From Corallochytrium limacisporum Hawaii (Eukaryota; Protista; Pluriformea): DNA of 64,000 bases. Shown in pieces: positions 52,848 to 64,000 of the stretch (its first letter is position 1; the number at the start of each line of letters is the position of its first letter). A program made the position numbers and the translations under genes. The notes beneath the pieces are model-generated. The model worked only from the letters and a program-made list of their open reading frames with translations, was not told the DNA's origin and ran no database searches. Where the stretch lies: positions 116,452 to 180,451 of the forward strand of contig PDIP01000012.1 in assembly GCA_002811645.1 (NCBI GenBank), in the 5' to 3' direction.

Positions 52848-55001
52848 ATGAATGCATTGTTCGGCTCCTCTGCTGGCCAGAGTAGCAATCGGCGGTTTCC
52901 GGTCGAAGACCACGAAATTGACTTCTTTATAAAGAAATGTCTGATCCAAAGGATTATCCAAAATGACATTCATTCACTTACTTTTGAGACGGACTCTGGG
53001 AAGACCTTCGAGGTCTACAATGAAACCTTGGATGCAATTTTGAGTCTTGACATCTGGGATAGGTCGCCACATTTTAGAGCTAATACCAGGGAGTTTCTTA
53101 CAGCAGTTCCAGACATTCTTCAGTCAACAGAGGAAGAAAAGAATCGCAAGCGACTGCTGAAGCGAGGCTGCAATTTCATTGTAGGATTTATGAATATGGT
53201 GATCATCTCGCAGCGGGAGCTCAACTACATTCATGACCACAGCGACAAAATTGAAGCAGGACACGACATGCGGGAGACTCCGAGAACGAAGAAAGATAGA
53301 GCACATGCTTCCATGCAGGACTGGGATGCAGATGCTGAGCGCTTGCGTCTCAAATTCTTGGAGTCTTGGAAGCGATTGATTTATTCAGGACTTGATCGAG
53401 ACTCGGACCATATTGCCCAACTATTGGACTACATGAGTGCAGCACATGATGTGCAAGAACTTGACGGACATCTTGGTCTCTGCCTTCATCACATCGCCAA
53501 TGATTTGGCGATCAGTTTTGAAAGTCTGAACAATCCCGCAGAGCTTGCCAAATTGAAGCGCTCGTACAATGCTATTCCGTGGACTGCTTTTAACACGCTC
53601 CTCAAACTGACGGGAACAACGTTGATCCGGGCAGCTATTGATTTTGTTCTAAATCGGGAATGGCAAGGCAAGTCTGTGTTCCGGATATTAGTGGAGAATA
53701 TCATGGACTACAATGATACACTACAGGAAGCAAACTATGTGGGCACATTGATCCCTCCCATTTGCAAACAGAAGGCTGACCAGCTGGTCCTTTTAAAGAG
53801 CCCGTTTGATCCTACAAAGTTCAACAATCGAGAGAACCTTGAAGCTATCATGATTTCTGACGTGGTTGAGCCTGCGGTACCAGCGGAGATATTTGACGGT
53901 TTGTCCGAAGAAGTTTGTGGGAATACTTTTGCGTACCTGTGTATGCGATACGAGACAGAGGCCAAGGACAAGTTCATCACGAAACTGATCGACGATGAAA
54001 GGGTCAAGGCATGGGCCGCATCGGCCATCGAGTTATTCTCGAGTCTGTTCCGGGAAGTGATTAGCACCGGTGGCTTGAAAAAGCTGATCAAACATTTGCA
54101 GAAAGGACTCCAGGAACTTATTTCAACCTACGAGAAATCATCTGTAGACAAACCCGTTGCACCAGAAAAGAATCAGGCCATCGCTGCGAAGCTCGTAGAC
54201 ACCTTCTACTTGTTCTTTAGAAGATGCCTTATTCTGCAAAGTCCAGATTTTAACGACCTCGCAGCTGCCTGCCTGCAGGCATGGCAAGATCATACGATGG
54301 TTATGGACGTGGACAAAATTCTCTCGGGGATGAGCAGCAGCGAACGCAGGGCCTGTGCAGATGAAGCCTATAATTTGGCTGTATATTACAAGTTCAAAAC
54401 CGGCAGTCACGAAGCGCCCCCAGAACCAACCATTATCCTCCAACAGGAGGCGATTGCGCGCAAGTGGCTTTACGAAGAATATGGGCATCGGCGACTGGCA
54501 TCGAAGGGACACAATCTGGGAACTCGTAATTCTTTGACCCAATTGCCGTCTCTGCCTCCCAGCGAAGATGAATTGGTATATGTGACTCATGTGGAAGTGC
54601 AAAAATCCGACCCGGTCATTGACGATATGCTAGCCCGCTCCGGCTATGTGAGGTGTGGAGTGCCGCTGACGGGTTCCAAATTTCGTAAAGTCTTCGTGTG
54701 GATTCGTCGCTCCGCTCTCCAGCTGAACAAGAGTTCCTTTAACCGCATCGCTCCCATAACGGCCGTCGGCCTGTCGGCGACGAAACGAGCGAACAAACAG
54801 TACGAGACTCTGGGATGGCATCATGCAAAGTCTGCCACCAAGAGTACTGTATCGGTGTGGTACAGTAGAGATCCAACCCTCGGTGCTCCAATTGCAGACC
54901 TACAAGTCCAAGTGGGAGATGATACAGGACTCGAGCTTGATGGATATGTCCCATATCGTTTTGAAGGCTGCCGACCACTTTGGATCCTCCACAAGAAATA
55001 A
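52848..55001 (+). CDS. PX-associated (PXB)/DUF3818-like protein with a C-terminal MABP-like beta-prism domain
   Basis: 717 aa. The N-terminal EIDFFIKKCLIQRIIQNDI and internal IPW..F..LLKL...TLIRAAIDFVL....GKSVFR recall the yeast YPR097W family. The C-terminal repeats YVTHVEV / PITAVGL / PIADLQV with GY.. and .W motifs recall MABP. Confidence 0.6.
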   Translation: MNALFGSSAGQSSNRRFPVEDHEIDFFIKKCLIQRIIQNDIHSLTFETDSGKTFEVYNETLDAILSLDIWDRSPHFRANTREFLTAVPDILQSTEEEKNRKRLLKRGCNFIVGFMNMVIISQRELNYIHDHSDKIEAGHDMRETPRTKKDRAHASMQDWDADAERLRLKFLESWKRLIYSGLDRDSDHIAQLLDYMSAAHDVQELDGHLGLCLHHIANDLAISFESLNNPAELAKLKRSYNAIPWTAFNTLLKLTGTTLIRAAIDFVLNREWQGKSVFRILVENIMDYNDTLQEANYVGTLIPPICKQKADQLVLLKSPFDPTKFNNRENLEAIMISDVVEPAVPAEIFDGLSEEVCGNTFAYLCMRYETEAKDKFITKLIDDERVKAWAASAIELFSSLFREVISTGGLKKLIKHLQKGLQELISTYEKSSVDKPVAPEKNQAIAAKLVDTFYLFFRRCLILQSPDFNDLAAACLQAWQDHTMVMDVDKILSGMSSSERRACADEAYNLAVYYKFKTGSHEAPPEPTIILQQEAIARKWLYEEYGHRRLASKGHNLGTRNSLTQLPSLPPSEDELVYVTHVEVQKSDPVIDDMLARSGYVRCGVPLTGSKFRKVFVWIRRSALQLNKSSFNRIAPITAVGLSATKRANKQYETLGWHHAKSATKSTVSVWYSRDPTLGAPIADLQVQVGDDTGLELDGYVPYRFEGCRPLWILHKK

Positions 55002-55039
55002 ATTCAAATAGATACAACTAAGTTCAAGTGTACATTGCT

Positions 55040-55789
55040 TTACAAGTTTTCTTTACATTCTTGTGTGTCCGCCACAGCCATGAAGAAGTCATCCAGCTTA
55101 TGCATGACCTTTCCGCGCTTGTCTAAAGCATCCGCCAAGCGTCCGATTGCGTTCGCATGTTCCTCAATGAGAATAGATGTTTCCATCGGTTTTGATCCGA
55201 CTGCCTTCGCAGACTCCGACACACTTCCAGTCACTCTGCTTGCTTTCATGGCGTCAAGGATAGTCTTGCTCTGAATCTTTTCTTTCCTATCGCTCACTAC
55301 AGCCGTTGTACGCATAAGTTTATGCCGTTTCAGGTCCATCTCCGCCCAAGTTTTGACGTCCTCCCTGTTGGCGATCACTGCTTGCCTTTTCTTTTCCTTT
55401 AATAGCTCCAGTGCAGTCTTCAAGGCATTGATTTCAGCCGTGAGGTTCATGATCCGTATGCCATCGTCGTGTAATGATGCTTCTAAAGAAGACACTGTTT
55501 CTGAATCCTTGGAGGAACCAGAGAAGCGAAGGGGGTAACGACTCCCCTGCTGTAGGTCGTAGAGTCTTTCTTTCAGTGCCCGGAAGTCCCCTTGTATCCC
55601 ATCATTCTTCGCACTTTTCCTAGGAAGCCTGAGCACTGCCTCATTGAAAGCATTCTCGACAATTCTTTGCCATTTAGTGTGTGCAGGCAGGTCTGAAGCC
55701 CGGTAGCGCCAGCGGTTCCGATCCTCTTTCGGGGTCGCAGGCCACCGGGCCGCCAGCGCCTCCAGCCTTTGTCTTGACTTGCTACCCAT
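55040..55789 (-). CDS. Coiled-coil protein, tentatively CENP-Q/Okp1-like kinetochore subunit
   Basis: 249 aa. RW...WQRIVENAFNEAV...IQGDFRALKERLYDLQQGSRYP followed by a coiled coil resembles the CENP-Q core (KWQ...IQYHLNFLKKRLLQQCETLKVP). Confidence 0.55.
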   Translation of the reverse strand: MGSKSRQRLEALAARWPATPKEDRNRWRYRASDLPAHTKWQRIVENAFNEAVLRLPRKSAKNDGIQGDFRALKERLYDLQQGSRYPLRFSGSSKDSETVSSLEASLHDDGIRIMNLTAEINALKTALELLKEKKRQAVIANREDVKTWAEMDLKRHKLMRTTAVVSDRKEKIQSKTILDAMKASRVTGSVSESAKAVGSKPMETSILIEEHANAIGRLADALDKRGKVMHKLDDFFMAVADTQECKENL

Positions 55790-56026
55790 AGGGCTAGCAC
55801 TTACATGTCTACATCATATCTGTGCATATCGGGTTCGAATGTGCCAGGTGATCCGCTCAGAAGGATCCGATATCTCAGATAGCTGGCACGTTGCGGCTCA
55901 CCCGATATACCCTGGTCCGGTATCCCTCGGGACCTGGCCAAGGAGATCACTCTCACCCAACCCCCTCCCTGGAAGGGGGGGGGAGTGGGTTATGGTCGAA
56001 AAGCCGTTTCTCCATTCAGTGCAAGT

Positions 56027-56034
56027 TTTCGCGC
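56027..56034 (+). promoter_or_regulatory. E2F-type site in the CENP-Q-like/RFC2 bidirectional promoter
   Basis: TTTCGCGC(CAA), midway between the divergent ATGs at 55789 and 56300. A related TTTCGCCC lies at 56110. Confidence 0.55.
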
Positions 56035-56299
56035 CAACTCCGTTGCTTCGCTCAGTGCTCAGGAGAAGCCAGGCAGGAGGATGAGACGAGAAGGAAAAAC
56101 GCTTCGGGCTTTCGCCCGAGATAAGGGGATTTGAGGTCGTAATTGTGAAAATATCTGACGACTTTATTGTGCCCGAGAATGGTACTAAGAACCTATGTAT
56201 CACATCGGATTACTTCGACGGAGATTGGTTTGACAAGGAAAAGTGTAGTAATAGACATTTGCTTCCGTCGTCTCAGTCCCGACAGTTCTTCTATCAACC

Positions 56300-57307
56300 A
56301 TGCCGGGTGCAAGTACGGACATGCAGGTGGACTCCAACAAGGACCAGTCCATCCCGTGGATTGAAAAGTATCGTCCTGTTACATTGGACGACGTTGTGGG
56401 CAATGAGGATACTGTCGCGCGACTGAAAGTGATCTCCAAAGCTGGAAATATGCCTAACATCATCATTTCGGGTCCTCCTGGATCTGGAAAGACTACGAGT
56501 ATTGCATGCCTCACACGGGAACTTCTAGGTCCTGCATACGCCAACGCTGTATTGGAAATGAATGCTTCTGATGACCGTGGAATTGAAGTTGTTCGTAACA
56601 AAATTAAGATGTTTGCACAGAGGAAGGTAACACTGCCTCCGGGACGCCACAAAGTTGTGATTCTAGATGAGGCCGACAGCATGACCGAAGGTGCACAGCA
56701 GGCCCTTCGCAGGACCATGGAGATTTACAGCTCAACGACACGGTTTGCATTGGCCTGCAACCAGAGTGAAAAGATCATTGAAGCCATTCAGAGTCGTTGT
56801 GCCATTCTCAGATACAGCCGCCTTTCAGATAGCCAGCTCTTGGAACGGATCGAGAAGATTGCGCAAATGGAAAATGTGAGCACAACAAAGGATGGACTCG
56901 AAGCACTCCTCTTCACTGCCTCCGGGGACATGCGTCAGGCAATTAACAATTTGCAGTCCACATTCTCTGGTTTTGGCCATGTCAATGCTGAGAATGTTTA
57001 CAAAGTGTGCGACCAACCGCACCCACAGATTGTAAAGCAAATGATTGCATCTTGCGTTCAGGGTGACATCAACGGCGCCACAGACAGCTTATTCCAGTTG
57101 TGGACCGCTGGATACGCCGCAGTCGATATCATCACTACTGTATTCCGCGTCGCAAAGTTCTATGATATGAACGAACATATGAAGCTAGAGATGATCAAGG
57201 AGATCGGACAAACACATATGCGCGTTCTGGAAGGTGTTGACACTTCCCTGCAGCTGTCAGGATTGTGTGCCCGCCTTTGCCGAGTAGGCGCTGAAGGAAC
57301 GAAGTAA
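56300..57307 (+). CDS. RFC2: Replication factor C small subunit (human RFC2 / yeast Rfc4)
   Basis: [63 protein letters not shown] and SRC. Confidence 0.96.
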   Translation: MPGASTDMQVDSNKDQSIPWIEKYRPVTLDDVVGNEDTVARLKVISKAGNMPNIIISGPPGSGKTTSIACLTRELLGPAYANAVLEMNASDDRGIEVVRNKIKMFAQRKVTLPPGRHKVVILDEADSMTEGAQQALRRTMEIYSSTTRFALACNQSEKIIEAIQSRCAILRYSRLSDSQLLERIEKIAQMENVSTTKDGLEALLFTASGDMRQAINNLQSTFSGFGHVNAENVYKVCDQPHPQIVKQMIASCVQGDINGATDSLFQLWTAGYAAVDIITTVFRVAKFYDMNEHMKLEMIKEIGQTHMRVLEGVDTSLQLSGLCARLCRVGAEGTK

Positions 57308-57510
57308 ACACGCAAACTGTAACCATAAAACGCGAAATAGAGACACGCTTACGATCATAATCTCACAGTGTGGTGATGGATCCCGTGTCACTTGTATATC
57401 TTCCCTAAACGTTGAAAGAAAGAAAGTTATCACTTTGCCTACCGTATTATAGTTTGAGTTTTGTTTGCAATGGATGTTTAGAAATGTTTTGATGCATGCA
57501 TGGGAGCTAA

Positions 57511-58317
57511 TTACTCTTCCTCGGCGAGGGTTCCACGGATGGGTCCCTTATTGCGGGCTTCCTCCAGTTCCTTGGCCACCTTGTCTTCGTGCTCGCGAAG
57601 CTGCTCCATGGTCCATCCGAAGTATCCGTCAAGGAATCCCACAACCTGACGATGAAACTTCAGTAGAAGACGTGCCTGTGTTGAGTGAATGAACTGCTCC
57701 ACACGGGTCTGCAAACCCCACCACTTAAACTTTACACTAATCTTCTTGTATGCAACCATGCTGGGCTCGCATTTCTTGTCCCAATCTTTTTCAGTCCACG
57801 GTCCACGTTCAGCGCGCTCGCTGCCGTGCAGCTTGGGGTCGAACTTTTCATCGTAGTCATTCTTAGGAAGCGTTCCGTTGACAATGTCTACGATGGGCTT
57901 CTCCATCTTCTCGTACTCCGGCTCGGGCACATCGTGCGGGTTCTTGTGGTCGCCTACACGGCCCTCTTTGTGCCAGGTCTCGACGATGATGTGCATATTG
58001 TCCTTCATGTAGTCGTTGGTGAGAACCGTGCGGCAGTAGGGGTAGGCGTTCCATGCCTCCTCACGCAGCTTTAGGGAGCCCTTTGGTGCAACCATTTTGA
58101 TCCATCCAGGAACCTTGGTCTCCAGATGGTAGGTCTTGTAGGTGTACTGGCCCTTTCCATACTCTTCATTCTCAAAGGGTTCATTCTTGGTGACCTCAAC
58201 ACCATCACCGCCACCAGTCTCTTGCTTGCTCATTTCAGCCACAGCGTACAGCTGACCGATCTGGTACTCCTCGACAGAGAGAGGCAAAGGGATCGTATAT
58301 TCCTTCGTAATAGTCAT
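57511..58317 (-). CDS. PITPN: Class I phosphatidylinositol transfer protein (PITPalpha/beta-like)
   Basis: From ATG 58317: KEY.IPLPLSVEEYQIGQLY.VAE.SK.ETGGG.GVEV..NEP, GQYT.K.YHL, AWNAYPYCRT, FKWWGLQ.RVE and FHRQ. Confidence 0.95.
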   Translation of the reverse strand: MTITKEYTIPLPLSVEEYQIGQLYAVAEMSKQETGGGDGVEVTKNEPFENEEYGKGQYTYKTYHLETKVPGWIKMVAPKGSLKLREEAWNAYPYCRTVLTNDYMKDNMHIIVETWHKEGRVGDHKNPHDVPEPEYEKMEKPIVDIVNGTLPKNDYDEKFDPKLHGSERAERGPWTEKDWDKKCEPSMVAYKKISVKFKWWGLQTRVEQFIHSTQARLLLKFHRQVVGFLDGYFGWTMEQLREHEDKVAKELEEARNKGPIRGTLAEEE

Positions 58318-61300
58318 GTTTATAAATGTTTCCGATGTGCGCTCTAGGTTGCCATGCACAGAAAATATCGACGTGATCTAAGTCACAGGCCATGACCATA
58401 CCAAATACCAGCCTCATGCTCCTCCGAAAACAAACAACTCCTGTTTTCCGGCAGAGCCCACGGGCCATTAAAGCCAATCCATTTCCTCCCGAACTCCGAG
58501 CTTCCAACCCACCTCCCCATTTTTTTCCTTCCTGTAACAAACCCCCCCCCCCCTCTTCTTCCCCAAGCGCAAAACACAGCGACTGTCCGTCCGGGCAGGC
58601 GTTCTCCAGGAAAAACCACGGGTTCAAGGGCTGGGTATTGGGGAGGGGGGGGGGTTACTAGAGGGGAGGAGGACGGCGGAAGAAGCACGGAGGGAAAATT
58701 TCGCCTACGGCCCCTGCCGCTCCAAAAAGAGCCCTGCGGCCAAAAAGGAAAATAAACGAAAAATAAAAAAGAAAAAAGAAAAAGAGACAAAAAGACCCGA
58801 CCGCTTCGGCGGGAAAGGCAAAACACTGCAGAGTTGATCGGAACACAAAAAGAAATGGCTTGCGACGGATTTCCAGCTTGCTTGCCCACATTCTTGGTAC
58901 CTTCAAGGCGTGTCCATATGTGACCATTTACCATCCCAACACACCAACTGCTACCACACGCCATCTAGGGTTAAGATGCCTTAACATGGTCTTCTCCTGT
59001 TGTGTGCCCAGGAGGACACGAAGTATGCCGCAGCCCAGTGGAGAATAGACAACAAAACCGAAATAATGTCCCCATCATCATACCCTACTCTTCGTGCTCC
59101 CAACCACGTCGATTATCCTTTTGACCACTGGGAAAATGACCACGACGCTCTGACATCCACTGACGCGATAACACTTGTACTCTGCGTGAACCATGTCTTG
59201 GTGACGATGGGAAATATTGCTGGTGAGGCGTAGAATACCAAGGGACCGCAAAAGCTTCCGCCGTTGATATGCGATGCCTCTCTCTGTTCCTTCTTTGGTT
59301 TCTTCTGATACCCCATGTCAGGACAGACTGGTGCGTGAACTATTCCGCGACAAAGTTTCGCCTTCAGCCTCCCAAGTTGATAGCCTTTTGCTTGTGGTGT
59401 TATTGCCTAGAGGCCAAAACACTGGGAGCCAGTGGCTCCCGTTGTAGTTAGAGCGCCGCCGTACGCAAGAGATCAAAACTCGCTTCAACCAATGAGCACG
59501 CTACGATGGATGCATGCTCACACCCCATCCCCGGATCCTTTTTTTTTTTTCTTCCATTTTTTCCCCCCTTTTTTTTTCCTTTTCTGCTGTGTGTTCGGAT
59601 TCGCGTCCTCCGCGCAACAAAATCGCCGAGGGGGGGGGGGGGGGTTTTTTCCAGCTCCTCCCGGTGCCCCCCCCCCCCCCCCCCCCCCCGTCCCCTCTCT
59701 CCCCTTTCTTCTTTTCCCTGTTCGCCATTGCTCTCCTGCAAAAAGGGGAGGGGCGCGGGCCGTCTTCTTTCTTCTTCCACCCCTTCTTGTTCGTGGGGGC
59801 AATGTTGTGCCCATTCCACACCCACAGAGCGCGTCCGAACGTCCTTAATTCCCGGGTGGTCTGGGACAGGCGCAAATATCAGTAGGGTAACAGTCTACTT
59901 TGGCCACGAGTTTTGAAATTACTGTGTAGCGCAGAGCTCAGTCGGTTTCTTCCGCCACGCACATTGTTCCGCGTTGCCTGTTTAGTCGTTGGGCCATAGA
60001 CTCGGGGGTCACAAACAACACACTGTTAGGCATGGTGATGTATGTGAACTGCAAGGCAACGAATGACGAATCCTCGTTGGGATGATGAAGGCAACTCCCA
60101 CACATATTTTCAGAAGGTAAACGGAACGGGAGGGAAACCAGCTACTGTTAAATTCCTACGCAACTGTAAGGGAATTTTGGTGCGTGCAAGCTTTTAATGA
60201 CTGCGTGTGTTTGCGTAACTGAAGAGCCTGTGGGAGGTATGTCTGTGTGGAAGAAGATCTCACAGCTCCTGCTTAACGCACACAAAGAACCCCCCCCTCC
60301 GGGCTGTTCTCTGCTTTGTTCTGCTGGCTCCAGGCTTTGGTAGAAAGCACATCGAATCTGTGAAAAGTACATTGATCGCGAACTACAGGGAGCAGGCGCG
60401 CAAACCCGCCTACTACTACGTCCACGATCGCCCTGAACCCCTCGTGCTCTGCAGTGTGCTCACGATTATGTACTTGGACCTATTCCATTAAATTTGGGAT
60501 GTAGATCCTCAATCCACTATTCAAGTCGAAGGTTTTGACTATTTGAAGAGAATATGCATGATCCACAATAATTTCAAGCGATGCGCACACATTCACTTCT
60601 CCGTGACCTATGTATAGGTTCTCAGCAGTGTAAGACTAGAGACGAGAATACAGGAGGAAAACAAAGTACAGAGGGACAATTATAGCATTCCTCTGGGATG
60701 CTAACAATCAGCTATCTACGACAATTGTGCGTATGTTACGTAGTTTTTTGTCATTAGACTCCAGAATACTGAAAGGTCAGAGTTTGAATAGAAAAGAGGG
60801 ATATAGTGGTGCATGTCCGTTTGCGTGGGTGAATAGAAACTGTACTGACTCTATCATCTTGCTGTTCACGCGGTGTGCAAAAGTGTTGATAGAATCAGTG
60901 GCTGGCAAACATAACATTCCTCCGCGTGCCCGTAGATTCATCTTTGTAATTCATCCGAGGTCGAAGAATAGTCTTAACGGACGGCCCCTCCATCAAGAAA
61001 GCCAGTCTTGACTTTGGCGCTATCTCTCGTGCCTTGTTTCAAAGTTGAACCATTCTTATGGTCCAAACAATCACCCTACAGATGACATGAAGACCGTGTA
61101 CTACTGTGCATAGGGTCATATTCACATCATCGCCCCATCATAGCACTGTAATCTGCCGAGACGAGTTATTGCTTCAAGAGCTCCGACCTTTGAGCTCTCT
61201 CCAAACCATCTCAAGTTGTACCTCAGATATATCCCGAACCGTAGTTGGCAAGGGGCGTGAATCTATGGAGCTGTTCCACAATACATTTGTCCCCCAGCAA

Positions 61301-63700
61301 ATTCATTTTCATTTGCGAAATTAGGATGAAGGTTTTGTTGGGACATTATTCTCCAGCTTAAATGGTGCTAAACTAACCGTAAAGGCAAAGACGGTGGTGT
61401 ATAAATGATGGAGGATGCGTCGTTGGTGGCAGCCACTCGGCAATACAACCTACCTAACCAGAGCACCTCCGAACCAAATGGGAATACTGAGCTGTTGCAC
61501 ACTGGGATTTGTATAGCAACTGCAGATTTACATTTTGACATGCTTTGACAGCAGGCAGATTCATTCTGCAAGCGCGTCGAAGTGCTTCTCTCGTTCTCCA
61601 ATGAACATGTAGACATCTTCCTTTTCGACGTCCCTGATCCTCATCATCATCATCCAATACATAACACCTGACCACAAGAGTTCGACATGCAAAATATCAT
61701 TTGACGTCCGTGAGCCTGGTAGGGACTTATAATAAGCATGTTTATATAGTGCCGGTTTGACCGCATTGGAAGTCTGTTGCGGAAGCATCAGCAGTCCGAA
61801 ACTGCTTCAGAAATGGAGAAATATCACCTATTCAAGGAGGCACTTGCAACGGATAAGGATCGATGGGAACAATAATAGCCGGATGGTGCCAGCCAAGTAG
61901 TACTTCGGAACAACTACGGAAATTCCCATGGTTTTGCCCACTACGTGAACAGTCACTGTGTGTCCTTTGGCTTCCGGCTCCTTTCATCGGAACAGAGGAC
62001 GGTCAGACAGAGTGCGGTGGGGATATATGAAACTCGAAGGCCATCTCACTGTGTAAGACTCAAAGTCGAGAGAAAGAGTGCCGACGAACACCCAAGAGGC
62101 TCATGCAGTAGATCGACCGACCATAGAACCAGTCACCAGAAAAGGCATGACTACCAGACTTCATGGACTCTGCATATAGAGCGTCATCAGAACAAGAAAC
62201 CCACCTGATTCATGCGACAACAGTATATTCATTGCTCGTACAGTACACATGGGACGTCGACCAGAAGCTAATGGACATCTAACCCTGTGAACACTATAGA
62301 CATTGTAATGGAGTCAGCCTTCATCATGCACAGGTATGAAAAACAAACGGAGATTGTTGTATACAATCTCTTTCTTTTGGAAAAAGAGTCATCTTCTTGA
62401 TGTGCGGGACTTTCTTAGGAAGACCATATCCAGTAAGGTATCTGCATGGCGCGGCATGCTCAAGTCTCTTCCACGGCTGGAGGCTGAAAGTACCCGTCGT
62501 CATCATCAACTTCACGAGCTTCAAGCAGGTGGGTACTAGACCGCCACAACAAACATTCAAGGCATGCCCAAGGATGCACTGGTCTCGCAAAAGTCATACG
62601 GCAGAGCCAATGCGATGGAATCGAGAATTTAGGTCGAGGATGTCTCAAAGTCGACGGGGACTTCGTGCCTTTGCACTAAGTCCGGGGTATGGCCTTCATT
62701 TCAATTGTCCCGCGTTCGGAGGCGTCTGTTTCAGTTCCTCACCGATGCCAAGTTCGAAACCTTCACCGCGAAGGTTGTTGGGGTTGCGGTGAGTCAGTAT
62801 GGACCTTTGGAAAACGGAGAGGAATGATAGCGAAGGGATTAGGTAATTCGACCATTTCAAATGATGACTGCTACTTCATCACCAAGTAGGGGAGCACCAA
62901 GAATAGAATCCCAAAACGTCCAAACACGAACTAGACGAAGGGGTTATCAAAGTCCAAGGTCTCTGACCTCCCGCTTTTCTGGTCCTCCACTCACACAGGA
63001 GTTCCTCCTTCGCTCAAGGTTGGGAAGGACGCTGTTGCTTGGTTCTACTTGCTTCACTGCATGCGGAGGGCGCGCTACCTGATGAGAAAACGCAGGGCGG
63101 CAATATCATAGGTTGATCATCCGTCAGCATCTTCTCACCCATCGAACTTGAAACAGCAAGACACGCAATGGCATCGTGACCTGGTTCTCAAATATTGGTG
63201 TTGACTAATCGTTCTGCGTGCGTGTGTCTCCCTTTGGCTGGGTGATCCCCAGAACATCGGAGCTGCCACTTAAAGATATGTGGGAGTAATGAAACCTGCA
63301 TGCATGGGTTTTGCTGCAGCAGTTCGAGCGAAAAAAAACCCTAGACGACTAGATCCAGGGCACGACGAAACTTGGGCGAACGTGGCGATAGTAAATTAAG
63401 AAGGAATTTTGGGATGGCCCCCTCTTTCTTGCGTGGATGGAAACGAGACGGAGAGATAATTTAGACAGTGAGCCAGAGGCGTGCAAGCCAAGACCATTGG
63501 CAACGTAAGACACTATTCACAGAGAAGGTGGTGTTTTTTTCTTCCATAAGAAATTGCCCGCAGTGTGTGAGGATCAGCCCATGGGTACACCTCCATATCA
63601 AGTGAAGGGGGAGGCGGAGACACTCTTCGCTCCCGCATGCGCGGCCCGCGGTGGTGGGCGAGAAGGTAAGGCAATGTGGAGAGTTTCTTTTTAGTTCCCG

Positions 63701-63740
63701 TTCGTGTGTAGAATGAAACCTTCGTGTGTAGAATGAAACC
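63701..63740. repeat. 20-bp tandem duplication
   Basis: TTCGTGTGTAGAATGAAACC twice, exact. Confidence 0.95.
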
Positions 63741-64000
63741 CAGAAATGACACTCTTTGTTGTGTGCGTAAACAAAAAGTGTTAGGGGTTAGAACGTAGGA
63801 CCACGCACTCGAACGAAAAAATTGACAGCAATGAAATTCGAGGCAAAGCGGAGTAAAAAAATAGGTGTTTGTTTGCGAAGCATGTCAAGTTTTCGTATTA
63901 CTATTATGGAAGCGCTCGATCTGGTGTCCGCTCATCTCCTCCTCCCGTATTTTCCTTCTTTTTTTGTTCTGTCGCACCCCCGCCCGTTCCCACCTTTTCC

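Noticed and set aside
55841-55889. Small three-way junction containing CTGAGA as a TPP riboswitch
   Set aside because: It lacks the remaining TPP aptamer consensus, and the neighbouring genes are unrelated to thiamine.
6592-58317. Functional cluster of lipid/trafficking genes (VSP, flippase, arfaptin, PITP) or metal genes (ATX1, NDFIP, mitoferrin)
   Set aside because: The genes are interspersed with unrelated ones and belong to large categories, so chance is a sufficient explanation.
63781-63791. Telomere-like TTAGGGGTTAG
   Set aside because: Fewer than two units, so not an array.

Overview
Eukaryotic genomic DNA, gene-dense (about 20 protein genes in 64 kb). Coding regions are essentially uninterrupted, including a 7.3-kb single-exon USP gene. 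The gene set is holozoan/animal-like: C2CD3, voltage-sensing phosphatase, prominin, an AF4/FMR2-like protein, NDFIP, arfaptin and class I PITP. An intron-poor unicellular holozoan such as Corallochytrium would fit, but that is inference. Other genes are a bacterial-type TrmH/SpoU methyltransferase, ATX1, a USP9/24/34-type deubiquitinase, a DRS2/ATP8A flippase, centrin, a receptor-type class III cyclase with a degenerate catalytic motif, mitoferrin, a PX-associated/DUF3818 protein with a MABP-like tail, RFC2, and tentative FANCF-like and CENP-Q-like proteins. Non-coding features are a solitary 5S rRNA gene with a TATA-like element and poly-T terminator, a B-box element next to it, E2F-type sites clustered in cell-cycle/centriole gene promoters, a few candidate terminal or UTR introns with yeast-like signals, several TATA-preceded intergenic segments with nested stems (candidate ncRNAs, two sharing an identical 13-bp promoter motif), poly-C/poly-G palindromes and one assembly gap. 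No CRISPR array or recognisable mobile element was found. All protein assignments come from remembered motifs, not database searches.
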